Origin: Candidatus Woesearchaeota archaeon
GTDB taxonomy: Archaea > Nanobdellota > Nanobdellia > Woesearchaeales > UBA12501
Length of the DNA stretch: 64,000 nucleotides
NCBI GenBank assembly: GCA_030651375.1
Contig: JAUSFM010000009.1
Span: forward strand, 65,345 to 129,344
Reading direction: 5' to 3'
The notes under the pieces are model-generated. The model was not told the DNA's origin and did no database searches. It saw only the letters and a program-made list of their open reading frames with translations. Each line of letters starts with the position of its first letter. Within the stretch, counting starts at the first letter, position 1. Position numbers and translations under genes: made by a program. This document shows positions 1-9,519 of this stretch, one piece after another.

Positions 1-100
1 TGACTTAGAAGATCAACCAAATCATTCTGGCCTGCGAGACCTTGTAGTCAAATACACCAACCGAGCACGAGAAACAGGAGAAACCATTTTTGAATTCTGA
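1..100 (+). CDS. 3' end of a hypothetical protein (partial)
   Basis: Frame starting at nt 2 is open (DLEDQPNHSGLRDLVVKYTNRARETGETIFEF) to TGA at 98-100, followed by an A-rich intergenic tract. Confidence 0.4.
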   Translation, partial: DLEDQPNHSGLRDLVVKYTNRARETGETIFEF

Positions 101-143
101 ACTTCTTAAACAAACAAAAAAGATAAAAAATAAAATAAAAAAT

Positions 144-548
144 TTAGAAAATTTCTTTCTTCAGCAGCGCCTTTTCAAGCGACCATTTGCCGTTGCCGTG
201 CAGCATCAGCGCAAGGAACAGGCAGAGATACAGAATCGCCATCTCGCCTTTGTTCACGAGCGGATTCCAGCCGCCGCCAGCGTGCACCATAAAGTATGCA
301 ACCAGCATTTGGACAGCACTCACCACTGCGGCAAGCCGCGTGAACAAGCCGACCAAAATCGCAAGGCCTGCTGCAAGTTCAACAATGCCGGCAACGCCCA
401 TGAGCGAAGCAAGGGACGGAACCTGTTGGCCGCCAAACCAGCCCAATAATTTCTGCGCGCCGTGGGAGAAAAACAGAAAACCAGCGAGCAGCCGAATCAC
501 GAAAAAGAACGAATCGTGATGCTTTTGCACATATTTTGCAATACACAT
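144..548 (-). CDS. DoxX family membrane protein
   Basis: RLLAGFLFFSHGAQKL, ELAAGLAILVGLFTRLAA, GEMAILY and GKWSLE motifs; GAGGTG RBS before the ATG at 548. Confidence 0.9.
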   Translation of the reverse strand: MCIAKYVQKHHDSFFFVIRLLAGFLFFSHGAQKLLGWFGGQQVPSLASLMGVAGIVELAAGLAILVGLFTRLAAVVSAVQMLVAYFMVHAGGGWNPLVNKGEMAILYLCLFLALMLHGNGKWSLEKALLKKEIF

Positions 549-701
549 AGAGTACACCTCTTAATGGTTTTTTTATATTTTTATATACACTGGCTGGGGA
601 GTTTATAAAATTAGCGGAACAAAGGGTTTATTTAACCAATCATCACAAACAATATAAATCATGAACCACCTGCTGAAAATTACAAATCAAACGGTGATAC
701 G

Positions 702-2066
702 ATGATGCAGTCCCTCAATCCGGCAACTGGCGAGCTTCTCAAAGAATTTCAAGCACTTTCATTTGAACAAGCAGCCGTGGAAGTAAAAAAAACGAGGAGT
801 GTATGGCAGAAATGGAAAACATCGAAACTTTCGTATCGCCTTGAAATCATCAAGCATGTCGGCGAGAACCTCAAAAAAAACAGCAAAGACTATGGCCGGC
901 TCATGGCGCTTGAAATGGGCAAGCCAATCAAACAGGGCATTGCAGAAGCTGAAAAATGCGCGTCAGTCTGTGATTATTACTGCGCCAACGCGAAAAAATT
1001 TCTCAAGGATAAAAAAGTAAAAACAGATGCGGCAAAAAGTTATGTTTCATTCGAGCCCATGGGCGTGATTCTTGCCATCATGCCGTGGAACTTTCCCTTT
1101 TGGCAGGCCATGCGCTGCGCCATTCCGGCGCTGGCCGCGGGCAACGTTGTCGTCTTAAAACACGCGAGCAATGTTCCTCAATGCGCGCTTGCGCTTGAAG
1201 AACTCTTTCGCCAATCCTGCTTGCCAGAGCACTGCTTCAAAACACTCCTTATCGACGGTGCAACGGCAACAAAACTGATTGATGCAGACCTTGTCGATGC
1301 GGTTTCATTAACCGGCAGCAATGCCGCAGGGCAAAAAGTGGGTGAGGCAGCAGGGCGAAACATCAAAAAAGTGGTGCTTGAACTGGGCGGCTCTGACCCC
1401 TTCATTGTTTTGGAAGATGCCGATGTTGCGGCGGCGGCAAAAATCGGCGCATATGCACGCATGATAAACACTGGCCAGAGCTGTATCGCAGCAAAGCGAT
1501 TTATCGTCATCAAAAAAGTCGCTGAAGAATTCCAACGCTTATTTGTCGAAGAATTCAAAAAACTCAAAATGGGCGATCCGCTCGATGAAACCGTAACGGT
1601 CGGGCCGCTGGCGCGGGAAGACCTTGCCAATGAGATTGATGCGCTGGTCAACGACGCAGTTTCACAGGGCGCAACCGTGCTCATCGGCGGCAAGCGTGCT
1701 GACAGAAAGGGTGCGTACTACGAGCCAACTATTATTACGAACGTGAAACCAACCATGCGCATCAGCAGCGAGGAAACATTCGGCCCGGTTGCGGTGCTCA
1801 TAATTGTTGATACTGAAAAACAGGCGATTCAAGAAGCCAACAACACAGAATTCGGCCTCGGCGCAAGCCTGTGGACAAAAAATACAGCAAAAGCAAAAAA
1901 GCTTGCGCACCAGATAGACGCTGGCCTCGTGTTCATCAATGACTTTGTGAAGTCAGACCCGCGCCTGCCGTTCGGCGGGGTAAAAAAATCAGGCATCGGC
2001 AGAGAACTTTCTGAATACGGCATCAAAGAATTTATGAACGCCAAAAGTGTTGTGGTGAAACAATGA
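702..2066 (+). CDS. NAD(P)-dependent succinate-semialdehyde dehydrogenase (aldehyde dehydrogenase family)
   Basis: IMPWNFP, LKHASNVP, LELGGSDP, NTGQSCIAAKRF (catalytic Cys), EETFGP and PFGGVKKSGIGRE motifs. Confidence 0.9.
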   Translation: MMQSLNPATGELLKEFQALSFEQAAVEVKKTRSVWQKWKTSKLSYRLEIIKHVGENLKKNSKDYGRLMALEMGKPIKQGIAEAEKCASVCDYYCANAKKFLKDKKVKTDAAKSYVSFEPMGVILAIMPWNFPFWQAMRCAIPALAAGNVVVLKHASNVPQCALALEELFRQSCLPEHCFKTLLIDGATATKLIDADLVDAVSLTGSNAAGQKVGEAAGRNIKKVVLELGGSDPFIVLEDADVAAAAKIGAYARMINTGQSCIAAKRFIVIKKVAEEFQRLFVEEFKKLKMGDPLDETVTVGPLAREDLANEIDALVNDAVSQGATVLIGGKRADRKGAYYEPTIITNVKPTMRISSEETFGPVAVLIIVDTEKQAIQEANNTEFGLGASLWTKNTAKAKKLAHQIDAGLVFINDFVKSDPRLPFGGVKKSGIGRELSEYGIKEFMNAKSVVVKQ

Positions 2067-3760
2067 AAACATCAATGAAAAAAGAACTGCCGGAAATAAA
2101 AGCATCCGATCTTCTCGTCCAATGCCTTGAAGCCGAAGGTGTCAAATATATTTTCGGCCTGCCCGGCGAGGAAAACGAGGATCTTCTTTTTTCACTCGAC
2201 AAATCATCCATCAAATTCATTTCAACGCGCCACGAGCAGGGCGCGGCGTTCATGGCTGATGTCTATGGAAGGCTGACGGGGAAAGCAGGAGTATGCCTCG
2301 CGACCTTAGGTCCGGGCGCAACGAATCTTATTACGGGTGTTGCTGACGCGCATCTCGATAAGGCACCGCTGGTCGCCATCACCGGACAAGGAAGTTCACG
2401 CCGGCTTCACAAAGAAAGCCACCAGATTGTTGACATTGTCAATTTGTTCAAGCCGATTGTAAAATGGAATACGTCGATAAACCATCCGGACATTATTCCT
2501 GAAATTGTGCGCAAGGCATTCAAGCTGGCTGAAATTGAAAAGCCAGGAGCGACACATTTCGAATTGCCAGAAGATATCGCAAAACTGAAGGTTGCCGGAA
2601 AAGAGCCAATTGTTCCGCAGCGGGTTCGCCGGTCTGCGCCGGATTACAAAGCATTGCAGGCAACCGTTGACCTTTTGAAGCAGTCAAAAAAACCGCTCAT
2701 CATTGCTGGCAATGGCGCGATTCGCAAGCTCGCCTCAAAACATCTCATTGAATTTGTTGAAACAACACATATTCCCGTGGTCTCAACTTTTATGGGCAAA
2801 GGCGCGATTGGCGACAAAAATCCGCATTCTCTTTTTGCCGTCGGCCTTCGCGGACGTGATTATGTCATGTGTGCGATTGAACAAGCTGACCTTATCATCA
2901 CCATTGGCTACGATATTGGAGAATACGATCCGCAGGCATGGAACCCCGACAAGAAAAAGAAAATTGTGCATATTGACTTTTTGCCTGCTGAAGTCTATGA
3001 ATATTATCAGCCGGACATTGAAGTGGTGTGCGACATCTCCGGCATGCTCTGGGAACTCAACGCGCTCCTCAAAAAAGAAAAAATTTCTTTTGCACAGAAC
3101 TGGTTTGCCCCTATTCGCAACGCCATACAAAAAGACATTGAATCATACGACTTGAAAGAAGGGCAGGCATTGACCGTGCCCGGCGCCCTAAATATCATCC
3201 GCAGCATCATGCGCGATGACGACATCCTCATTTCTGACGTCGGCGCGCACAAGATGTGGATTGCGCGTAATTATCCTGTTTATTCACCAAACACCTGCAT
3301 TATTTCCAACGGCTTATCCAGCATGGGTATTGCGGTACCCGGTGGCGTTGCGGCAAAATTGGCGCATCCGGGCAAGCATGTTGTTGCAGCAACCGGCGAC
3401 GGTGGCTTCATGATGAATTCTCATGAAATTGAGACAGCAAAACGTATCGGTGTTGGCTACACGATTGTTGTCTTTAACGACTTTGATTATGGCCTGATTT
3501 CGTGGAAACAAGAAGACCACCATGGCCGCTCCGTCGGCACAAAGTTGGGAAATCCTGACTTCAAAAAATACGCTGAAAGTTTTGGCATTCGCGGGTATTG
3601 TCCGAAAACAGTTAGCGAATTAAAATCAAACTTGAAAGAGGCAATCGAAAGCGGCGCGTTGTGCCTTGTTGAAGTACAGATTGACGCAGGGGAAAACAAG
3701 CGGCTTGGCAAAAAATTGCAGAGTGATTTATGCAGTGTGTTTTATGGGAAGAAAAAATGA
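2063..3760 (+). CDS. ThDP-dependent acetolactate-synthase-like enzyme, probable 2-oxoglutarate decarboxylase (OgdA-type)
   Basis: FGLPGEEN, RHEQGAAFMADVYGRLTG, SDVGAHKMW and ThDP motif GDGGFMMN...ND; ATGA overlap with the upstream SSADH; no ALS small subunit nearby. Confidence 0.8.
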   Translation: MKTSMKKELPEIKASDLLVQCLEAEGVKYIFGLPGEENEDLLFSLDKSSIKFISTRHEQGAAFMADVYGRLTGKAGVCLATLGPGATNLITGVADAHLDKAPLVAITGQGSSRRLHKESHQIVDIVNLFKPIVKWNTSINHPDIIPEIVRKAFKLAEIEKPGATHFELPEDIAKLKVAGKEPIVPQRVRRSAPDYKALQATVDLLKQSKKPLIIAGNGAIRKLASKHLIEFVETTHIPVVSTFMGKGAIGDKNPHSLFAVGLRGRDYVMCAIEQADLIITIGYDIGEYDPQAWNPDKKKKIVHIDFLPAEVYEYYQPDIEVVCDISGMLWELNALLKKEKISFAQNWFAPIRNAIQKDIESYDLKEGQALTVPGALNIIRSIMRDDDILISDVGAHKMWIARNYPVYSPNTCIISNGLSSMGIAVPGGVAAKLAHPGKHVVAATGDGGFMMNSHEIETAKRIGVGYTIVVFNDFDYGLISWKQEDHHGRSVGTKLGNPDFKKYAESFGIRGYCPKTVSELKSNLKEAIESGALCLVEVQIDAGENKRLGKKLQSDLCSVFYGKKK

Positions 3761-4161
3761 AACAAGGAACACTTGCTGGCGCAGTTATCATTCAGAACAA
3801 GCGGCTTCTCCTAATTCATAACATCAAACATGGCAGGCGCATCGAAGTGCCCGGCGGAAAAGTACATTCCGGAGAAACGCATGAGCAAGCGCTGGTTCGC
3901 GAGTGTCTCGAAGAAATTGGTGTGACTGTTTCTGTCGGCACAAAAATCGGTGTGTATCATACACCCTCCCCTGAAGGCGTGTTCAACTGCCATCTGTATC
4001 ACTGCACTATTCTTCACGGCGAGCCAACCATTTGCGAGCCGCACAAGTGCGACAAAATCGGATGGTATACCTACAACAAGCTCGAACAGCTGAAAAAAGA
4101 CGGTCTGCTCGTGCCGAATGTGGTGGGTGCGATGGAGCATTTGAAGGGGATGATGAAGTAA
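3757..4161 (+). CDS. NUDIX hydrolase
   Basis: Nudix box GGKVHSGETHEQALVRECLEEIG; ATG at 3757 overlaps the upstream TGA. Confidence 0.9.
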   Translation: MKQGTLAGAVIIQNKRLLLIHNIKHGRRIEVPGGKVHSGETHEQALVRECLEEIGVTVSVGTKIGVYHTPSPEGVFNCHLYHCTILHGEPTICEPHKCDKIGWYTYNKLEQLKKDGLLVPNVVGAMEHLKGMMK

Positions 4162-4197
4162 TAAAACATTTAAACAACCTTTTCTGTTCCCTGTTTT

Positions 4198-5655
4198 ATG
4201 AATCTTTCAAGGACCATGTCCACCCAGCACCCCGACAACGTGGCGCTGCCCTTTTTTGGCACCAACGGTGTCATTGGTGACAGTGACGAGGTTCGCGAGG
4301 CGTTCTACGCCTTCGTTGAATTGGGCATTCGCGAGCAGTTGTGGGACTTTGAAGGCAAGGACGTTGACAACAGCGTCGTGCGCAAGTTGTTGCTGGACTA
4401 TCCTGACTTTTTCAAAAAGAAACAGCTCGGCAAGGATGTTTTTCTGACCTATCGCGTGCCAAATCCTGACGTTGAAAAAAATGAAGGAAAAATACTTCTT
4501 GAAACGCTGGAAAGCATCCCCCTCAGTTTCGATACAGCAAAATCATTTTACCAGAATGACATTCCTCCGATTTTCGAGCTCGCAGTGCCGATGGTTTCGT
4601 CGTCAGCCTCCATTATCCGCATCGCTGAATATTATAAACACTATATTGTCGGCAGGCAAACCAGCACCATCCATGACACCACCATCGGAAAATGGCTCGG
4701 CACATTTTCTCCTGACACCGTGCGGATCATGCCACTGTTTGAAGACAAGGACTCAATGCTCAATGCCCACACCATGAGCAAGGAATTTATCGCCAGCCAA
4801 AAAATAAAGGATTATCTCCGCGTCTGGCTTGCGCGAAGCGATCCGGCGCTGAATTACGGTTCAGTCGCCACCGTGCTGATTGAGAAAATCGCGCTCCAGC
4901 GATTGGACGTGTTGTCTGAAAAACTCTCCATTGACATTCATCCGACGCTTGGCTGCGGCTCGGCGCCCTTTCGGGGAAATCTCAAGCCGACAAACGTTGA
5001 GCGAATCATTACGGCGTACCCATCGGTGCAAACATTTACCATCCAGTCAGCATTCAAATACGATTATCCCGAACAAAAAGTCAAGGACGCCGTTGCAGCG
5101 ATTGAGGCGACAAAACCAAAAAAGCCGTTCGCGGTTGATGAAAAAGCTCTGTTTCCCATTATTGAAAAACTTGAGGCGGCGTATCAGAAACAAATAAAAC
5201 TGCTTGCACCAATAATTAACGAATTTTCTGTATTTGTGCCGCGCCGAAGAAAACGAAAACAGCACATCGGCTTGTTTGGATATTCCCGCAGTACAACCGG
5301 CGTGCATCTTCCCCGTGCAATTCCCTTTTGCTGTTCTCTTTATTCACTCGGCTTGCCGCCTGAATTACTGGGCATGCACGCGCTGACCGAGAAAGATGTT
5401 GATACATTGCATCATGCCTATCCATCCTTTGAATACGATATTCGCGACGCTGCACAATTTTTGAACAAGGACACGCTTGATTTTTTTCCCAAAGAAATCC
5501 AGAAAACAGTTTCTGAAGCAGTGCAGCGTTTTGGCGCACCGGTTCACGAGGGCCATAAAAAAATCACGAGTGAGATTGTCAAAGAATTCAAGGCGAAACG
5601 CGTGTCGGCCGACAAGATTGAGGCGGCCGGGAAGATACGGGGATTTTTGGGATAA
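4198..5655 (+). CDS. ppcA: Archaeal-type phosphoenolpyruvate carboxylase
   Basis: MSTQHPDN, WDFEGKD, LARSDPALNYG, GSAPFRG and LPRAIPF motifs; 485 aa fits the archaeal-type PEPC. Confidence 0.92.
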   Translation: MNLSRTMSTQHPDNVALPFFGTNGVIGDSDEVREAFYAFVELGIREQLWDFEGKDVDNSVVRKLLLDYPDFFKKKQLGKDVFLTYRVPNPDVEKNEGKILLETLESIPLSFDTAKSFYQNDIPPIFELAVPMVSSSASIIRIAEYYKHYIVGRQTSTIHDTTIGKWLGTFSPDTVRIMPLFEDKDSMLNAHTMSKEFIASQKIKDYLRVWLARSDPALNYGSVATVLIEKIALQRLDVLSEKLSIDIHPTLGCGSAPFRGNLKPTNVERIITAYPSVQTFTIQSAFKYDYPEQKVKDAVAAIEATKPKKPFAVDEKALFPIIEKLEAAYQKQIKLLAPIINEFSVFVPRRRKRKQHIGLFGYSRSTTGVHLPRAIPFCCSLYSLGLPPELLGMHALTEKDVDTLHHAYPSFEYDIRDAAQFLNKDTLDFFPKEIQKTVSEAVQRFGAPVHEGHKKITSEIVKEFKAKRVSADKIEAAGKIRGFLG

Positions 5656-5677
5656 GAAAAAAAGATAAATAAAAAAT

Positions 5678-5869
5678 TTATTTCAATCCCAGCTTTTCAT
5701 GCAGCCAGCAGTAGCCCCAGAAACTTTCAACCAAGGCAATCCAGCCGATGACGAGCACAGCCCAATTCAGCCACTCGTTGGCAAATTGCAATTTCCACGG
5801 TCCGAGCCACCAGAACGCCAGCGCGAACCGCAGAACGCGGTCGGTTGCATTAAGATTTTGTTTGCTCAT
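5678..5869 (-). CDS. DUF2892/YgaP-like small membrane protein
   Basis: NLNATDRVLR...GYCWLHEKLG pattern with two hydrophobic segments; GGAGGTG RBS before the ATG at 5869. Confidence 0.8.
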   Translation of the reverse strand: MSKQNLNATDRVLRFALAFWWLGPWKLQFANEWLNWAVLVIGWIALVESFWGYCWLHEKLGLK

Positions 5870-5956
5870 AAGAGCACCTCCTTTTTGAACAATATACGCC
5901 AACGGGGTATAAAAAGGTTATTAGCGAATCACTCCTTCGCCTGCTTCCAGGAGCCA

Positions 5957-6364
5957 TCAAAGAGTACAAATAACATACGACGCGACTTTCGAATAGCGCT
6001 GAAAAGATTCTTCCAACGCTTCATGTACAAATTCTCTCGCTTGGTCTGGTTCGAAAAATGAGGTTTGGTATGTTGCTGAAACTGTTTTGTTGTGGCGTAT
6101 TTGTTCACTATATGTGCGGACTCGTTTAGCAAGCATTTGTAGGTACAGGGCGCCGTGTTCTGTGGTGAGATTAAGGCGCACTTCCTGCGTTGCGGTTTTA
6201 GTCCGCGCAAATGCAAGTTTATTCCTGAATCCCACTTTAAAGCGTTGCGACTCGTTGAGCGGCCGTTGAAATTCAGCAAAGATAGTTTCTCGGTTCTCAT
6301 GATTCAATACGCCTACTTCGCGCAAGGCATTTTCAGCTTCAGTCACAAACGTATCAAGATCCAT
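5957..6364 (-). CDS. hypothetical protein
   Basis: 135-aa ATG-started ORF filling the gap between recognised genes; no family recognised. Confidence 0.6.
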   Translation of the reverse strand: MDLDTFVTEAENALREVGVLNHENRETIFAEFQRPLNESQRFKVGFRNKLAFARTKTATQEVRLNLTTEHGALYLQMLAKRVRTYSEQIRHNKTVSATYQTSFFEPDQAREFVHEALEESFQRYSKVASYVICTL

Positions 6365-6428
6365 GTAGTATCAGACTAAAAGAACTGTTCGTTCTATTTA
6401 TCCATTTCACCAGATATATCTGGTATGC

Positions 6429-7064
6429 TTAAATCTGCTGTGCGGCACGATTAATCAGTTTATTTTCTGCCTTGAGAAGATGCTCGCCGACTGTTGCCGG
6501 CGATAATTTCAAGCCGCGTGCAAGTTGCATAATTGTTGTTTTGCGTGGCAGGTGATAATATCCTTGTTCATGCGCATATTGAAAAATCTTTTTCTGCTGC
6601 GGCGAAAGAAGGGTGTGGGAAAAATCAACTTTGCCAATTGAAAGCACCGTCACTGCGCCTGCTTTTTTCAGTTCGGCAAGCATCAGCTTGATAGCATCAC
6701 GGTCAACAACGCCGACGTGCCAGTATTCAAAGCCGCCGTGCACCGTGTGCAGGTCAATAAAAAAGCCGTTATATTTCTGGATAATATTCTGGACAAATCC
6801 TTTTTGGCGAAGAACAACGATGAGCAACAGCGTGTCTTTTGACCGCTCCACTTCTTTTATGGTCTTGTATGCCCCTGTTTTTTGGAGGAAGCCAATAATC
6901 CCCTCAAACTGTTTTTCATCACCGTTGATGTAATAGAAATATTGTTTCTCCTTTGGATTTCGGGACTGGATATCAACGACCGTGATGTGGTGCTTGGGAA
7001 ATCGTTTGCTCAACTCGGTCTCAAAACAGCCGCGATGGTGTATTTTGAAGCTGAATTTGAACAT
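6429..7064 (-). CDS. Bat-type (HTH_10) archaeal transcriptional regulator
   Basis: C-terminal LSPQQKKIFQYAHEQGYYHLPRKTTIMQLARGLKLSPATVGEHLLKAE; starts 2 nt after the polX stop. Confidence 0.85.
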   Translation of the reverse strand: MFKFSFKIHHRGCFETELSKRFPKHHITVVDIQSRNPKEKQYFYYINGDEKQFEGIIGFLQKTGAYKTIKEVERSKDTLLLIVVLRQKGFVQNIIQKYNGFFIDLHTVHGGFEYWHVGVVDRDAIKLMLAELKKAGAVTVLSIGKVDFSHTLLSPQQKKIFQYAHEQGYYHLPRKTTIMQLARGLKLSPATVGEHLLKAENKLINRAAQQI

Positions 7065-7066
7065 AG

Positions 7067-8779
7067 TTATCTCTCCAATACTTTCTCAATCTGCGCTAGC
7101 GTCCTCGTATTCAGCACGTGCCGTTTTTCTAGCCATCCTCTGCGTGCAGTGATGACGCCGTATTTCACATACTCAAGCTGCTCTTTCGCGTGCGCGTCAG
7201 AACTGACCACAAACGAACAGCCAATTTCGCGTGCTGCATGAACGTGCACATCATTCAAATCCATTCGTGCGGGCTGTCCGTTGATTTCCAGAAATACGCC
7301 GTTATCTTTCGCCGTCTGAAACACTTTGTCAGCGTCAAATTCAACACTATTTCGTTGATTAATCAGCCGTCCGGTCGGATGGCCAAATACATTGACTGGA
7401 TACTTTTCCATTGCAGTACAAATCCGTTTCGTCATCTCTGAAGAAGGCATTCGAAACGCCGAGTGAATGGACATCAGCACGACGTCCAGTTTCTTGCACG
7501 CTGTCTTTGACAACGCAAGCTCGCCGTTTTTTGTTATGTCTATTTCCGCGCCCTTGAAAATGCGGATTCCAATTTTTTTCTCTGCTTTGTCAATTTCCGC
7601 GGCCTGTTTCGTCAGCCGTTTTTCATTTAGCGGGTTGACAATCCCCATGCCGCCGACGTGGTCAGTAATCGTGACAAATTTCCAGCCAAGCTGCTGGGCT
7701 TTTTTTGCCATCTCCTCAATGCTGTGTGCACCATCGCTCCAGTTGGTCTGTGTTTGAAAATCGCCACTGATGTCAGGCAACTCAACCAGTTTTGGAATCT
7801 TGTGCTTCAGCGCCAGTTCAATTTCGCCGCGGTTCTCGCGCATTTCCGGTGGCATCCATTGCATGCCGAGTTTTTTATAAATCTCCTCTTCTGTTTTGCC
7901 GGCAACACGTTTCTTGCCTTTCACGGTGAAAAGGCCGTACTCGCTTAAGGTCAGCCCTTTTTTGAGCGCCAGTTTTCGCAGGGCAACTGAATGTTCTTTG
8001 CTTCCTGTAAAGTATTGCAGTGCCGAGCCGTACTGGTTTTTGTTGACCACGCGTGCGTCCACTTGCAGTCCATTCGATAAACGGATACTGCTTTTGCTTT
8101 CGCCGTGCGCCAGCACTTTTGCCACGTCGTTCATTGACACAAAGACATCCATTATTTTTTTATTGTTTTGCCCAACGATAAGAACATCAACATCGCCCAC
8201 AGTTTCCTTGCCGCGTAGGTATGAGCCGGCAGGCATCGCCTTCTCCACGCCTTGCATTTTTTTCAGATACGAAATAATATCTTCCACCATCAGCGATGCT
8301 TCGCCCAACAAGAACCGGTGAGGTGCCCATGTTTGCAGGCGTCCGATGCTTTCCAGAATCTGCTGCTGTTTTTTTTCGCCCATTCCTTCCAATTTGCTTA
8401 TTTTTCCCTGCTGTGCTGCCTTTTTGAGGTCGGGGAGGGTTTTTATTTTTAGTTTTTGGTACAACAACTTGATTGTTTTCGGGCCAATACCTTCGAGATG
8501 GAAGAGTTCTTCTGCAACCGGCATTTCTTTTTTGAGCTTTTCAAAATAAAAGCTTTTTCCGGTGGTGAGATACTCCTCTATTTTTTGCGCAATATGTTCG
8601 CCAACGCTGGGAACGTCTTTCAGTTTCCTTTCTTTTGCAACATCAGCAATATCTTCTGGGTAACTTTCTACACTCTGCGCGGCTTTTCGATATGCTTGCG
8701 GCTTCCATTGCACGTTTTGAATATCGAGAAGATCGGCAATTTGGTACAGAATCTTGGCAACCTCGCTGTTCTTGCGCAT
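7067..8779 (-). CDS. polX: DNA polymerase X family with C-terminal PHP domain
   Basis: HhH motifs (VPSVGEHIA, LEGIGPKT), GSYLRGKETVGDVD, YFTGSKEH, LSEYGLF; PHP motifs TDH, GHPTG and SSDAH; start taken at MRKNSEVA. Confidence 0.93.
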   Translation of the reverse strand: MRKNSEVAKILYQIADLLDIQNVQWKPQAYRKAAQSVESYPEDIADVAKERKLKDVPSVGEHIAQKIEEYLTTGKSFYFEKLKKEMPVAEELFHLEGIGPKTIKLLYQKLKIKTLPDLKKAAQQGKISKLEGMGEKKQQQILESIGRLQTWAPHRFLLGEASLMVEDIISYLKKMQGVEKAMPAGSYLRGKETVGDVDVLIVGQNNKKIMDVFVSMNDVAKVLAHGESKSSIRLSNGLQVDARVVNKNQYGSALQYFTGSKEHSVALRKLALKKGLTLSEYGLFTVKGKKRVAGKTEEEIYKKLGMQWMPPEMRENRGEIELALKHKIPKLVELPDISGDFQTQTNWSDGAHSIEEMAKKAQQLGWKFVTITDHVGGMGIVNPLNEKRLTKQAAEIDKAEKKIGIRIFKGAEIDITKNGELALSKTACKKLDVVLMSIHSAFRMPSSEMTKRICTAMEKYPVNVFGHPTGRLINQRNSVEFDADKVFQTAKDNGVFLEINGQPARMDLNDVHVHAAREIGCSFVVSSDAHAKEQLEYVKYGVITARRGWLEKRHVLNTRTLAQIEKVLER

Positions 8780-8856
8780 ATCTCTGTTCTGGGAAATGTA
8801 TTTTAAATAGTTTATTATCGAAACGCTTATAAACCTCCTCTTTTCTGTCACAGTTT

Positions 8857-9519
8857 ATGAATCCACGCGTACTTGTCATGGCAGGAAAAGACAGTGATGC
8901 TGACCGTATTTTTGAGTACATCATTCGTGCTGGCCGGCAACATGGCCTGTTCTCACGAGCTTCAAGTGCCGTGCTCCAGGCGCGTACTCTTGACGAAGCG
9001 ATTGCAGCATTACCAACCGCCCCGGAATTAATTTTCTCCAGCGTTGCTCCTGCAAAGATTGGTGTTTCAGAGCCGCTTTCTACCGCGTCGATTGCGTATC
9101 TTGCTGCAGTCAAAACCTATCGAGATGCGCAGAGCAGGTATGTGCCTTTGGTGTTGTCCGGAAACTATATCTCAGGCATTCATGACTCCCGAACAGGTTA
9201 TCATCCTCTTGAGCATGGGGCGGTACTCGCACAGCCTGATGTTTGTATTGTTGAGCAGCGCTATAGCGATCCACGATTTTTATCAATCGTCAATAATTTG
9301 GCTCGCTTATTTTCAGAACCAGAACTCTATCGCTCTGCTTCCCGGTTGGTGACCTCGGTTGGCGAGAAGATTTTTCACCAGACACACCTCGAACAGTCTG
9401 TGCCCCAGCATTTCAGTTTTGGAGTTCATGGAAAACGGCAGACGGCTATGGTTTTGCTTCCTGCCTATTTCTTAGAAACTACTCCTCTTTCTGCCGAATC
9501 TATACAAAACCGTCAGTAA
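8857..9519 (+). CDS. hypothetical protein
   Basis: 220-aa ORF with TATA-like CTTATAAA 31 nt upstream; no family recognised. Confidence 0.65.
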   Translation: MNPRVLVMAGKDSDADRIFEYIIRAGRQHGLFSRASSAVLQARTLDEAIAALPTAPELIFSSVAPAKIGVSEPLSTASIAYLAAVKTYRDAQSRYVPLVLSGNYISGIHDSRTGYHPLEHGAVLAQPDVCIVEQRYSDPRFLSIVNNLARLFSEPELYRSASRLVTSVGEKIFHQTHLEQSVPQHFSFGVHGKRQTAMVLLPAYFLETTPLSAESIQNRQ

